64,000 bases of DNA from Ruditapes philippinarum (taxonomy: Eukaryota): positions 1 to 64,000 of the forward strand of contig NW_026852109.1 of the NCBI RefSeq assembly GCF_026571515.1, in the 5' to 3' direction. Position numbers and translations under genes: made by a program. Below are positions 1 to 13,700 of this stretch, in pieces (position 1 is the stretch's first letter; the number at the start of each line of letters is the position of its first letter). Under the pieces are notes generated by a model, which ran no database searches, was not told where the DNA came from, and saw only the letters and a list, made by a program, of their open reading frames with translations.

Positions 1-395
1 ACACCCGAAGATGACACGGGCCCTCCACACGTATGTTCATGGCTAAAGGGTGACGCATGCCCTTGTTCAGGATCCTATCAACTGTGCCAACACTGTAGGA
101 AGTACAGTTACGCTTGATAAGATTTTATACAAGACGCCCGCCATTGTGACGAATTTTGTTCAACAACGCCACCACTTTATTGATACATAATGACAGAGAC
201 TTTACGGGAGAAATAGACTGAGATACGTTGAAAGTGTTTGTTTGCGCAGTGACTTTTCATATATAATCATTTTTCATTTATAAATATTCATTTATTGTAA
301 ATAAATTTGTATATATTTTTCTGTTCTGAGTTGTTGGTTGTTTTAGATAGCAATTGTGGTCGGCCTGGTATCCCAGCGTAGTCCCTATTGTGACA
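1..395. mobile_element. Possible 3' part of an LTR
   Basis: Relatively GC-rich segment ending TGTGACA before AT-rich flank. The 5' end lies outside the window, so this cannot be confirmed. Confidence 0.25.
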
Positions 396-1938
396 AGCAA
401 TTAATGCACAATGTACTTCATTCGAAGTTCATTGGGTGTAATTTTCCCAGAGCTAAATCTGTAACATATTTGAAATCGGTGTTTAGCTAGGTTTACTCCA
501 CTTTCACACTTTGTTGCTGCCGTACACACAAAAATATCCGTTTCACTTTTCAGTCATTCACGTGATCGTTATTTTTCCTATCAGAAACATTTTTCAGTAA
601 ATCAGCCTAATTATATAAGAAAGCTAATATGTGAGAAGAAATTTTTTGTTATATTAGAATAATTATCAGTTAAAAACAAATATGAATAGCCAGCTGAAAG
701 CAGCACGCCTTCATGTTAATTTTCATGAAAAATTTGGAAATGAATTTTAAAGTAAAATATTGTGAGATGAACAAATTAAGTAATTTATATATTGCAATCG
801 GCACTTACAATCCATGGAAATTACCAAAGAGTGGTCAACATATGCAAAAACAGCCCTTACTGCGTTAGTAACGCAATAGAAATAGGGTGATAAAATACTG
901 AAAAATATTTCTAAAACCGCACATACATTCTTAATATAACTTGGATCTTCAGTTTGTACATTGCAAGAAATTACGTCACCAGGCAGTATTAATTGTGTTA
1001 TCGGAATATTAGAGCTCAGGTTTTTGGTGTGTTAGTTTTATTAATGCATGTTTATTATTAAAAAATAGACAATTAAAAAAACTCGAATTTTGTCCGGAAA
1101 CTGGTTCATGCCCAGTAAATTAGAAAAATATAATAAAGTTAATGTTATATGAAAAATGATTAACGAATTTTAATTGCTTAATTTCATACTTTTGTATAAT
1201 GAAGAAAGAAGTTAAATACACAAGTTTGTGTGTTAAGTTTGCTGTCAGAGATAATTGAGGTGTTTATTAATTCAGTACTCAAGAATCAAGGTGTTGATTA
1301 GATTTAAATTGCTATGGAAAGGTGTTGGTTTATGAATAAGTATTTTGTTTAGTTATTTGGTATTGCATGATGTGTATATTGGTTCATGTTAATGATACAT
1401 GTTCTTGAACCAATTTTGTATAAAACTAAACATGAAATGTGATTGCATGCCATTGATACCAGTTGTTGCTTATTTATTTTCTAGAACATACTTTATGTAT
1501 ACTATTTACCAAATGAATGAATATCACTAGACCTTAACATAATTTCAGGTGTATATCAATTAATGTCCAAAAATCTTTAACTAAGTCTTTCACAATGACA
1601 CTTTTCAGATAAACATAAAACATAAAAAGCACTTAATATCAAACACATTCATTGAATAATCTTTAATTAAGAAATATCTTTAGTTTAAGTCAAGCCTAAA
1701 ATAATAACTTATAAATAATGGGGGAGAACTGTCTGCATATTTCAAATTTGGGAGAGAACCGTCGGGGGTTGAAACAATTTGGGAGAGAACCATCAGGGGC
1801 AGGAACTGGTAAGGAAGAGAATAGTCTGTCATTCGTCGCATTGATTTGACACAAAATATTTTTAATCTTGTTATTCAAGAAGACTAATAATATAATATCA
1901 ATTTATTAAAAAAAAAAAAAAAAAAAAAAAAAACAGAA

Positions 1939-2723
1939 TTTTTTTGTGCCCCCACTTTATGGGCGGGCATTTAGATTTACCCTTGTCCGTCTGTCCTTCC
2001 GTCCGTCCTTCCGTCTGTCCGTCCGTCCGTTCACTTTTGTGTCGCACGTAACTCAAAATGTATTTGACCTAGAGTCATGAAAGTTTACAGGAATGTTGAT
2101 CAGCATCTGTAGTTGTGCACCTGGGTATTTTCGTCTGGATATTTTTAGTATTTTCAGAGTTATTGCCCTTCACTTAGTAAACATTTGCAATTTTCAACTT
2201 GTGTCGCATGTAACTCAAAAAGTATTTGACCTTGAGTCATGAAACTTTACAAGAATGTTGATCAGCATGTGTAGTTGTGTACCCGGGTATTTTCATGTGG
2301 ATATTTTTAGTTTTTTTCAGAGTTATTGCCCTTGACTTAGCAAAATTTTGCAATTTTCAACTTGTGTCGCACGTAACTCAAAAAGTATTTGACCTTGAGT
2401 CATGAAACTTTACAGGAATATTAATCAGCATGTGTAGTTGTGCACCTGGGTATTTTCGTCTGGATATTATTAGTATTTTCAGAGTTATTGCCCTTGACTT
2501 AGTAAAATTTGCCAATTTTCAACATGTGTCGCACGTAACTCAAAAAGTATTTGACATAGTCATTAAACCTTATGGGCAGGTTACTCAGCATATTTAGATT
2601 TGCACCTGGGGTTTCGCTTGTGGATTTATCCAGTATTTGTAGAGTTATTTCCCTTGACTTAAAAAGATTGACCGAACAGTGGCGCGGTGGGGGCACCCGT
2701 GTCCTATGGACACATTTCTAGTT
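1939..2723 (+). mobile_element. Helentron-associated non-autonomous element (HINE/pearl/DINE-like)
   Basis: T-run start, short 5' palindrome, (GTCC)n microsatellite, four ~162-bp tandem units (2041, 2203, 2366, 2528), 3' hairpin gtgtcc..ggacac then tctagttt. Confidence 0.8.
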
Positions 2724-3765
2724 TTATATTAGACTGTTTACATATATCAAATTAGATTTGTATATTGCATAACCTTTTTCTACTTACATTTATATTCTTT
2801 CCTGGGTAATTTATATATTTAGTGCTTTGTATGTATTTATATATACGCAAAAAAATACCGTTCTACGGTCACCACAGTTTATGTATGGAAAATTCCGATG
2901 GTAGGTGAAATGTGGAAAAATTCCGTTGATCTCCATAACAGAGTTCTCGCCCCTTAACAGTTCACAATCGCTAGATATTGTTTAAATTGTTTATACATAT
3001 TGAAAGATGATCAAACATAATCCACAAAGCATCAGACACCAAGCTTTATTTAGGTTAAACACTGAATAATGGAAATAAGCGAAAGCTAAAAGTAATCACG
3101 CCATTCGAGCGATAAATCATATTAAAGTATCAATCGTGTAATTTTAGGTGTACAAAGGAAGAAGGGAATAAAAATAGTCGATTTTAAATGACTTCTACAT
3201 CAAAGTAATACAAAAAAAAAACTAAACCGTAAATAGTTTGTATTCATGAAGATCATGAAGAAAGGTAGCTTATACACAAAGGTATATGACGTTAACATTT
3301 TTTATATTCCAAAACAGTATGGTAAATGGCTTGTGCAAGTTTAATAGTTATAGATAAATACAGAATCCCTAAAGAAAGCCCAACACGGCAAAATTGAAAA
3401 TGTTGCAGGCTCGGTTTGATTGAGCCTGTTCATGGACAGTACTGGAAAGTGCAAGTAACTGTCCACGCCCCCTAGCACCGGCTTAAGCAGAATTCAACAT
3501 TTAAACATGAAATAGTAAAATTTTGAATTTAGAAACATCCGCAGATGTGTTCATACGGCGGTTATCATGGAATCTTCAATGTGACACTTCTGTGCCATTC
3601 CATGAAAAGCGGCGTATGGTCCCCAAGTAATAAAAAGCATGTGCCCTAAACGAGAAAACAATGGGCGGAACTAAATAAAATGGAATTTTGAAAGGGGATC
3701 AGAGGTTCAATGAAAGAATGAGTCACTACGAAAGTTTGAATGAAATAATGAATGGAATGCAGCTT

Positions 3766-3880
3766 AATGCAAAGTTTAAATATCATAAAGCAAGATGGAA
3801 TCGAGCATAATGCAAGTTCAAATGTTATCAAGCAAGATGGAATCAAGCATAATGCAAGTTCAAATGTCATCAAGCAAGTT
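3766..3880. repeat. 42-bp minisatellite, ~2.7 copies
   Basis: aatgcaagttcaaatgttatcaagcaagatggaatcaagcat at ~3766, 3809, 3851. Confidence 0.85.
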
Positions 3881-5097
3881 AGAATAAATGCATTAATTCT
3901 GTTCCATATTTTCGTCACCGCAAAATTAACTTTTCGTCCACTCTTGGTTTTTGACAAATTTTATTGATATGCATGTTTTTTTATAAATATTTTCAAATCA
4001 AACGCTAACTAATCGACGGTCTCCCGTCTTGGAAGGTGCCTGGTCTTCAAAGACCAGCGAAGTAAAATCAATTATATGTTGATTTGTTTAATAACCTACT
4101 CGTGTCGATGGTTTTAACATAATGGCAGAGACTGTTATTGTGCAGAGACCGTCAATACTTAGGTCCCAGTTCAGTGTTTCTTTCCTCTGCTTTGGGAAGG
4201 ACAGATTGGGGAAAAAATCCATTTTTACATAATTTTACATAAGATGCAAGATATTCATTTGGAATTTCTTTTATCCAGGGAGACATGAAAGTTATGCATA
4301 ATATACACTTTGAAACCATGTATCATTAACTTTACGTAATGAACCTAAAAATATGATAAACAAGTATTGTGGTACTTATTGCACTTAAATATTGTAATAA
4401 ATATCAAAACTAATTTCTTTCTGCAATATGTATGAGCATTGCTCATAGTTACATTATATCTTATGTGTATTCTGTCTTTTGCTATTTACCTTAGAAATGT
4501 TTGTGTTATTTCAAGTCACAATGTAAATAAAGATTGTGTAGCACAAATTCAAATACCCCACCTACAGTTAAGATAACACCAAACTGTTAAAAAGGATGCA
4601 CAGAAATCACCTAAAGGAATGTGAATAATCCTTAGCTTTCTTTCTAAAAATAGCATAAAATCTTAGAATTAGATATTACATTTAAATCTTCGAAATACCA
4701 TATTATAATATATAAGTATTTCTGTTAAAATATTAAGACTCCGGCAAATCTTCACTAGCTTATTTCTAGAAATTTTCATCGAGGTTTTCATTTTGAATAT
4801 GCACAAATTTCAATACTTTTAAAATGTGCAATTAAATTTGAAATTTAAAAAAAGATTATACAGTCAAACATATTTAAAACATGCAAAGTTTACTTTATGT
4901 TTTATAATGTGCATGTAAATGCAAAATGTTGCATTCTTGAAAAATCCTCTATTTAGCAATTTTGTGGATTCAAAGAGAAGTTCGCTTAATTACGAACATT
5001 ATACAAAGTGATATCTTGTCGACCTGGGTGATTTTTAACTTTCACTCTATATCAAGGCAACTTGTGCGAAAATCTCGAGCTGTTAATTGTCAGCAGT

Positions 5098-5587
5098 GAT
5101 AGAATACTATATATTTTGATTTGATTTAATGCAATAATTGGTTGTTAGCATTGATATAATACTATATATTTTGATTTGATTTCATGCAATAATCGGTTGT
5201 TAGCATTGATATAATACTATATATTTTGATTTGATTTCATGCAATAATCGGTTGTTAGCATTGATAGAATACTATATATTTTGATTTGATTTCATGCAAT
5301 AATCAGTTGTTAGCATTGATAGAATACTATATATTTTGATTTGATTTCATGTAATAATCGGTTGTTAGCATTGATAGAATATTATATATTTTGATTTGAT
5401 TTCATGCAATAATCGGTTGTTAGCATTGATAGAATACTATATATTTTGATTTGATTTCATGCAATAATCGGTTGTTAGCATTGATGGAATACTATATATT
5501 TTGATTTGATTTCATGCAATAATCAGTTGTTAGCATTGATAGAATACTATATATTTTGATTTGATTTCATGCAATAATTGGTTGTTA
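5098..5587. repeat. 55-bp minisatellite, ~9 copies
   Basis: gatagaatactatatattttgatttgatttcatgcaataatcggttgttagcatt, head to tail with no spacers. Confidence 0.95.
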
Positions 5588-6186
5588 TAACTTGCCAAGG
5601 GAAATTTTTGACGCTTAAAAGAATGTACCCTTAATTTTCCTACTCTGATGTTGCAGACCTTGTCTTTAACAATGTATCAAAAAATCAAAAAAAAAAAAAA
5701 GATTAGTTTTTCTTTATTCTATAAATATTTTATTACATTATTAAACATATATAAGGCTGTTTTTTTCACATTGATGGCCTTCATTTTGCAGAAACATAAA
5801 CATTGTTGATATTATCACTGCTAATTTTTACTCTATGGATGTAACCATGAGTATGATAGTTCAGTCTCCTTTGTATCAGACATGTGTGATCTAGTAATAT
5901 TTAATTTAATTTAATTTAATTTAGATTTAATACCTTAAGTATTATATTTCAGTAACATTCGATAAAGAATCATATATATATTCAATCTTGTTTTCATTTA
6001 TACCGCCATTTTTAGACAAAAGCTTGGGATGATTAGTAACAGTAACTAAGTAGGGGGAGCTTGTACATTTACCACTGATCAGTGACGAAGCTCTTGTTTT
6101 ATAATTGTTAAACAGTAATTAAACATACATTGAGAATATATTTCGAATTTTAAACTGCAAGTGGATAAATGATAAATATTTTTTAG

Positions 6187-6261
6187 GACAATGAAGCCAA
6201 GACGACGAAAACCTAAGGTAGATATGAAGTCTGCAGAAGAAAGGGAAATTTATAAGAATAG
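6187..6261 (+). CDS. Tentative first coding exon, MKPRRRKPKVDMKSAEERE (basic, NLS-like)
   Basis: ttttag acceptor, ATG at 6191, GT at 6262. The phase does not join directly to 6589, so a further exon or a lesion is needed. Confidence 0.35.
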
Positions 6262-6588
6262 GTTTATTGATATATTAATTTGTAATTATTTGTCTCACAA
6301 ATAATATATCCTTATAAGGAACACCATGTAGGATTAACGTGAAAAATGCCTGACGGTAAACAATTTTGCTATGTGGTCGTTTTAAATAATTTATATTGAT
6401 GTAATGAAATATTTTAAATTTGAGGAATTTGAAGCATTTTCATTGGCTATAATAGATGACTAAGATAAAATCAATGTAGAAATCAGGTAGTGATGTGAAG
6501 TTACATACTTAATTCTCACAAAACTGCAAATGGAGCATATCTAGCTACTGGAATTATTATGATAAAAGCTAAGCAAATTTTCTTGTAG

Positions 6589-6749
6589 GTCATGGTGTCA
6601 TTGCTGATGACATAATAGAACATAACCAACTTCTTTGCTATTATAATGGAGAGTTGATATCGAATAAGGAGGGGGAGAAGAGGATGAATGACAACAGTGA
6701 TAAAGGCAGTTTCCTGTTTTTTTTTCAACCATAATAAAGAAAAACTTTG
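6589..6749 (+). CDS. SET domain exon 1 (GHGVIADDIIEHNQLLCYYNGELISNKEGEKRM...GSFLFFFNHNKEKLC)
   Basis: tcttgtag acceptor, gtaag donor. GxGV and YxGELI motifs of SET8/KMT5A-like domains. One extra T in the T9 run at 6717-6725 shifts the frame. Confidence 0.85.
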
Positions 6750-7079
6750 GTAAGATATATTTAAAATCATCACCAAAGTCTTTAAAAAAAACATATATTT
6801 TCCCTATTTTAGTAATGATACAATTGTATCCATACAATATTTATTTTATGATAATAACCATGTTTTAAGTGTGAGTTATACTGGGTTCATTGTAGTGCTA
6901 GCACTGCTGGGTGTATATAATCTTAAGTCAGCACAGTGTGCCTAATATTATACTTGTACTTTCAGTTTGATATGTTTAAGACCTTTGATCTTTTTCCACT
7001 TGAAAGTATTACTGCATTAATTATTGAAGTGTTCTTCTTTAGATTTAATTCAAAATCATATTAATGAATGAATTTACAG

Positions 7080-7262
7080 ACTGCCACCATTGTCTAGTGT
7101 TAGAGTGTCTGACTTCTGGGTTTAAATCCCAGGAAAAGCATTTGATAGTTTGGCACAGAGGAAAGGTGTTCAGTACTGGTGTAACTCTCCAGGAACGATG
7201 GTTAGGAAACTACCCGTCTTTATAACTGAAATACTGCTGAAAAGGGGTAAAAAAAAGAAAAA
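7080..7262 (+). mobile_element. Degenerate tRNA-derived SINE
   Basis: A-box-like tgtctagtgttagag, B-box-like gggtttaaatccc, 3' ataactgaaatactgctgaaaag plus A-rich tail. Confidence 0.5.
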
Positions 7263-7589
7263 AGAAAATGGATGGTTCAAGAATTGGTAATTGTTGAAAT
7301 TTTGAAATAAAGCAATATAACTTTTTTTTTTTTGATCTTATGAGGCTTTTTTGCTAAAATGCAATTTTCCTTTACAGAAAAGCATCTTAAACCGAGGAAA
7401 CATGTTATAATACGAATTCTTTTGAATGATTATTTTGACTTTCAAAATTCTTGCATGAGGCTTTTAAATCATGACCAGTTGAAGCCAGGATTTCCATGTT
7501 TAAAGCCATATTGCAAATACTATCCTCTTTTTGTCAGGAATATTTGTTTGAAATATTTACTGAATTCTGTATCATCTTTTAACCAACAG

Positions 7590-7776
7590 TATTGATGGTA
7601 CTAAGTCATCAGGATGTGGTCGGATGATTAACGACGATCATCGTGAACCAAATTGTAAAGTCCAATTACAAGTGGTGGACGGAGTTCCAAAATTAGCCTT
7701 TACAGCCATCAAAAAAATTGAACCTGGAACAGAACTCCGGTTTAATTATGGAGACAAGTCTGTTCATTGGAGGAAG
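7590..7776 (+). CDS. SET domain exon 2 (IDGTKSSGCGRMINDDHREPNCKVQLQVVDGVPKLAFTAIKKIEPGTELRFNYGDKSVHWRK)
   Basis: caacag acceptor, gtaagc donor. CIDxT, GRxIN, PNC, IxxGxELxxxYG and terminal W motifs of the SET C-terminal half. Confidence 0.92.
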
Positions 7777-7822
7777 GTAAGCTTATAAATATATTTTATG
7801 ATTTATAGTGAATTTGTTTTAA

Positions 7823-8339
7823 AGGGGCAGACAACCAGTTTGTTTGTGATTTATCTATTAAGATGTAAATACCCATTGCTTTGATGGAACAAAAGATAAA
7901 CATACAAGATACTATATGTATGTTATATTAAGACTTAATTGATCATTGTTCCTTTACCTTGATAAATACTTATTTTTCACTCTCTGAGGGGTTGTCTTAC
8001 CTACAAATAGTAAACACATCTTGGAGTGAAATAATGAAAAAATGGTGTTTACTGATTTTCCTTGCATTTTGGTCAAATGGGACAAAAAAAAGATCCTAAT
8101 AAACATTATAAGCGTGTTCACTGTAAAAATGTTAAAAGGGATAAAACTGGCCAAAATATTTTGTTCTAATATAACCATTATTCACTATAAAGGTGTTAGC
8201 TATGTGTGAAGTTAACTGTAATTCTATTTATTATGATAAGGTTACAAAATAATTCAGGTATTTTTAGCATTTGCCTATTTTTTTCTTATTTTTTTTGCAA
8301 CCTCACTGGCTTTTGCTAACACGCTGGTTGCCAGCCCCA
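7823..8339. mobile_element. MITE with short TIRs, Kolobok-like
   Basis: ttaa|aggggcagacaaccag ... ctggttgccagcccc: imperfect ~15-bp TIRs, with TTAA on the left flank. Confidence 0.45.
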
Positions 8340-10049
8340 GTAATGCTGTGAAAACTTAAATGTCTTGTTTCGTGTGTAGATAAATATCTGTTAAATATAC
8401 ACCTCATGGTCAACAGTTTTTACCTTACAATATCATGTGGCATTGTCTAACCCCTGTAAGTCAATATATTGTCCATGAAGTTATGTAGCTTACACTGACA
8501 TAAATGGATTTAGATACCTAGAATTAGACTATGATACCCTAACTCTTTGCTAGTACTAGTAGACTTCCTAGCTCTTTAATATGCACCGTGTAAAGCCCTT
8601 ATGTGAAGATAGTTTAGGAAAATCTGTAAAGCAAATTTGACCCTGGGTTGAACCTTGCCTGCATTTTGCCTTTAAACCATCGGTCCATACCACAACAGCA
8701 CAAACAATCGTGAATGTTAACATTTAAAAGATATTACAGACTTAATGCTCCTAATGTAGACATAGAGTTAATGTTGAAAACCACAATAAGTAATACCTTT
8801 TTATCATGGTATAGAAAAATCTAGAAAGGCTGGTGCTTTATGATGAACCAGGTGAATATTTATGGGTGAAAATAGAAAATAAATGAAGCCTGAGTACAAG
8901 TGTTTGTAGTTTTAGTAAAAAAGGTAACAAACTTAAAAGTTGTGGCCATACTTTGATGTTAAATTTGTGTATTAAAACTTGTATGAACAACATTTCATCA
9001 AAGAGCCAAAGTCAAATGTAAGTTTTTATTATACTCTTTTACAGCTCTGCACAGTGATTTATTGTACCTGTTCAAAAAGATTTATCTGAGGATGTTTAAT
9101 AGGATTTTAATCATGTTTATGTGATTTGATTGCTCATTTCCACAGGCTTTTTGATACCCAGAGGTTTGAACGGGTCTTATAAGCAATATCCCAAACCCTA
9201 TTGAGATTTAATAATATCTGTAAATTGCAATTATAGATTTGTTTCCAGGTGATTTTTTTTTTGCTGCATAATTATTAGACCTTCACTGGGTAGAAATGGC
9301 TTGTGTCAAATTTCATATTACAATCAACAAGGGTCAAACATAACTGACTAATTGGCAACATATTGTTGATGTTTTCTATCAACTTCGTATGTATTGGTTA
9401 AGCATATTATGTATTGGTAAAGCATCTCAAAGATATTGCAAGAAACATATCATTTGAAAATTTGGATAATAAATATCGAATTGTAGTTGTTTCCTCACAA
9501 ATAACAGTAAATTGGCTCATCCGAGGTCAAAATTTTTAACATATCTAACATGGAAATTATTAAAAGGCTTCATTTTATTTTTATTTTCACCCAAATAAAA
9601 AGTGAAATTGCTTCATATGATACAATATTTATTTGGTTTGACCTTTTCAGTCTTCTCTGTTAAGAATTTATCTGTTTTGTTTAGTTAAATAACAGAGGAG
9701 GAAACTTTAATATCAGTTAAGCAGTCATTTTGAAAATCAAATAGAATAAAAGCTTTATCATTGATCTCAACAATGAAAATAATGTATATCTTGTTACTGC
9801 ATCTCAACACTTAACATGAAAAATATATACATATAAATGTAAAAGCAATTGATAAAGAATGAAAAAAACTCCTCTATTTTAAGTAGTTATTAGTCACAAC
9901 ATACTGTTTGATTGTTACAGTTGTTAATCAGTTGTTACAGTTGATTACCTATGTCTGGAATTATATGCATTTGCTACCTTGTTGGAAAACATGCATGCTA
10001 AAATGTCATTATTTTATACATTGTAATGAATTGTTGATATTCAAAATTA

Positions 10050-10428
10050 CATAGAGAATATTTGTTTAGTGCAGTGTAAAATGGGAATATATTTCACAAT
10101 GTGAGCATCAAAAGGTATATTTCAAGAGTGGCGCAGCACTAAATTAAACAAATTTTCTTATTATTATATGCAAAGAAACGTTTGAAAAAGACATTAAACC
10201 TAATACTGAATGAAAAGCCGCTAAATAATAATACAACGTGACGTCATTTTCGACATCACGTCATTAAGTTGGTTCCCAGTACTGTGCACGCTTGTATTTC
10301 AACGTAAGGGGCTTAAATTCAAAACAGTGAAATTACCAAATTGATAATTTCACTGTTTAAAACAGTGAAATTACCAGTTTTATATCACTGATATATTTCT
10401 ATAAACTACTGAAAGGCATGTAATAAAA
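10050..10428. mobile_element. Non-autonomous Crypton-like repeat (tentative)
   Basis: atttcaagagtggcgcagc core, internal acagtgaaattacca duplication, ends catgtaataaa. Resembles mollusc non-autonomous Crypton-type repeats from memory; not searched. Confidence 0.35.
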
Positions 10429-10764
10429 TATTTCAAACATTGTTTCATTGCAATTATTTATTGAAGGAGATTTTTTTAGTGTAAGAAAATATAACTCCAG
10501 TTTTAAAAATTATACTGACGTGATTTTTCTACAGCATATTGGAACTGATGCATTTATCATTTGAGCATCTGCCATGCTTGCTGGGCTAGTTACCTAATAA
10601 TCATAATTTTGATTAAAAAATTAGATTTTCTATGTACATGTGCTTTGCATTTAAATTTTAATGTATTCTAGTGAAAGCTCACTATTAATGTCATTACTAT
10701 AACAATTGAGTTGTTCTTTCCAAGTGACATAGTAAAGAGTTTTTAGTGATTTTGTTTGTTGTAG

Positions 10765-13700
10765 AGTTTCTTCATCAAACTGCAGCAGTTCAAGTAGTAT
10801 GGAGGAATGGAGAGCGCCAAAATTCCCTTTGAAAAACCACTACTGTTTAATTGGAAGGTAAGAATATTTATTTTTTTCAGTGTTTGCCCTGAAAGAAATT
10901 CACAAATGGTTCAATGAGCTTGTATTGTGTCTGTCTTAGATGTTTGAGTCAGGCTAATGAAACTTAATAGGAATGTAGAACACTATTATACATCATATCC
11001 TGCTTTGTGACAAGGGCTGGAAGTGAGAGCAATTGTGCCCTGTAAACATATTTCTAGTTTAGTTCAAATTGTTCAAACATTGTTGCACATGAGAGTTTTT
11101 CTGAGTGAAAGTATAGATATATCCTAACAAGATATACTTTAGGTATGTCAAATTATTCAAGGCATCTTGTAAGACACTGGCTTATAAATACAAGACTGAC
11201 TTGAAAGTTGCCTAAAAAAAAGCATCACTTAAAAGGTATTCTAAAACCAGGTGTGGTAAAACGATTAAGAATTAATTCTTGCAAGTAAATAAAAAAAATC
11301 ATAACATGGTGTTGGTAAGGAATCGAACCAGAGACCTTCAGATCGGTAGTCCAACATCTTTACCAATACACCACATCTCACTGACGATTGAAGTTAGCAA
11401 ATACAAAGATATATTCGATAGATACTGGTCAGTGTTTATTCAAATGACCTTCACGAAAGATAATGAAGAGCCAGGTCAATATTGTTGAACAATACATGAA
11501 TACTAACTATTTAACAAAGCAAAGCAGAATAATGGTGTGTGTTTTTAAACTAGGTGTATATGAACATGATTAATTGAATATTTGCAAATTTCTTATTGGT
11601 ATAAGATTTGTAGATTATTGCTGTTTTCTTTGCACAAATGCAATAAAACATATACTTAATGCTCGTGTCTTCTGATCCTCATACCTAGATGCATCTGGCA
11701 CTCCCTTGATTTCCTGTTTGAATTTATATTCGCAAACTTTGCAGTGACAATATTGTAGTGGGAGTGAGAGATGAGCTTGGTGTTTTGTGACCTAGATTTG
11801 TACTTAACCATTATTGAAAAAAATATATGTCATGGCAGGTTTAGAATGAACACACAGTTTTCATCTGTGGTTTTCTAATTCTAGTCTGTGTTCTTAGTTC
11901 CAGATCATGTGACATTATTGTCTCGAAGGCCGAAGTACTGCCAGTACAAATCCAGATAGAAGTGGCAAGAGGAGAAGTATGTAATAATTATTTTGTAATT
12001 TTATAGGCATATCTATGAATATGAGGATAAGGCCTACTGGTTTCCTAGCACTTTCCGTCCCTAGCAGTTTTCCGGCCGTTTATCATTTTTGTCCAGAACA
12101 GTCAATTTTTACCAGTAAGGCATCCACATTACTTCATCAATCAGAGAGAAATTTGTTCTCTATGCTAAACAGCATTTGAAATAGTACAACAATTTATATG
12201 TTTTGAAGTTTTGCCTCTTATTAAAAGTTACGTAAGAGAACTTGCGACTTTCAAAAGTAAGCAACACCTGGGGAATTTTAGCTTGAATATCCATGCACAA
12301 TAACTCAGACCCCATTTTAGGTAAATCAATACTTCGGAAAATATTTTTGCAGACGACACGGAAAAGGTTGGGAATCTCTGTTTGTCTGATAAAACCATTT
12401 TAACATTGCTTCTTGGTACTGAATTATATTGAAAATAAAACAGGTCCAGAAAAATGTTATGAATTTTTGAAAAAGGTGAGAAAAAGGGTGTTACATTCCA
12501 GGCCTATATTCAAATTAAAAAATAAAATGAAAGTGCAACATAAACACATGGCAATGCTGGACAGGTACCTAACTTTGTCCTGTCAAAGTTTTGTATCCCT
12601 CCGTAGACTGTTTTTTATTTCATTTGTTAAAAAGTGCGATTTGTGGCCGGAAACTGCTAGGAAACCAGTATGTTACTTATTTTTCTATAAAGAAAACTTT
12701 ATGAATACAAATAACTATACCTTGGACCTTTTGAGACAAAAGAAAATAGTAATGCATCCAACTCTCCATTTGGAGAAATCAAATGTATGTTGTCACCTTC
12801 AGCTGTCAACATAGAAATCACTATATAAGTATATTGTCCATTTGAATTTCTTATTGGCTGGGTTGCATAGGTGCAAACCGGAGTTAAAATATGGTGAATG
12901 TCAGGTGGCGGGCCGTGAAAAAATGTTCAAAACGGTTTTTTTTCTCAGCAGCTACTTATTACAGCTTCTCTTGTTATTTGTATACAGCATTAACACATGG
13001 TCCCATACAGTGGGATTCGATTTAAGATCTGTAACTCATCCACTTCCTGTTTACCGACTTAGTTAAATTTTTTGACATTGATGGTCAATGGTAGGAATTT
13101 TTTGTAACATTTTTCTAAGCAACTACTTATTCTTGATATTTGGTATAGAGCATTAACACATGGTCCTATACTGTTGAATTCGATTTTAGGTTTTTCGCTC
13201 ATACATTTCCTGGTTACAAACTTAGTTGAATTTTTGACATTAATAAGGGTCAATGGTTGGAAATTTTCGTAACAGTTTTCTCAGTAACTACTTAACATTT
13301 GGTATACAGCATTAACACATGGTCCCATACTTAGGGATTCAATATAAGGTCTGTCGCTTATTCAGTAACTGTTTACCGACTTAGTTAAATTTTTGACATT
13401 AATGGTCAATGGTAAGAAATTTTCACAGCCTCATGATATTTGGTATACAAATGCACCCCGACAATTTCTGTCTTTGACCTTTTTTTAAAAATAAAATCTT
13501 GTAACCCACCCTGGCATGAAATTAAATGTTCTGAGGAAACAAGCACCAGTTTAGAATGTATTAACAATTCACTATTCTAGGTGTTTCTAACAAACTATCA
13601 CAATTCCAACCAAGAGAAACGTCTACAATGTGGAGATGAGTTTTCCATATTTGACAGATCATTTAAGATAGTGTGTTATAACATAAATGTAAGTTGAAAT

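Noticed and set aside
5098-5587. CRISPR-like regular repeat
   Set aside because: Units are contiguous with no unique spacers, no cas genes are present, and the context is eukaryotic.
6456-6486. Possible exon KINVEI upstream of SET
   Set aside because: Plausible SET N-terminal sequence, but it has an adjacent in-frame stop and a phase mismatch; left unresolved.
9004-9017. Candidate 14-nt micro-exon (phase 0->2) that would link the SET exon to 10765
   Set aside because: It has a strong gtaagt donor but a weak acceptor, and cannot be supported without transcripts.
11305-11380. tRNA-like sequence on the minus strand (A and B boxes)
   Set aside because: Stems pair poorly and no clean acceptor stem is visible; more likely a tRNA-derived repeat remnant.
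12413-12814. 133-aa ORF
   Set aside because: It crosses the end of a MITE and has no recognisable domain.
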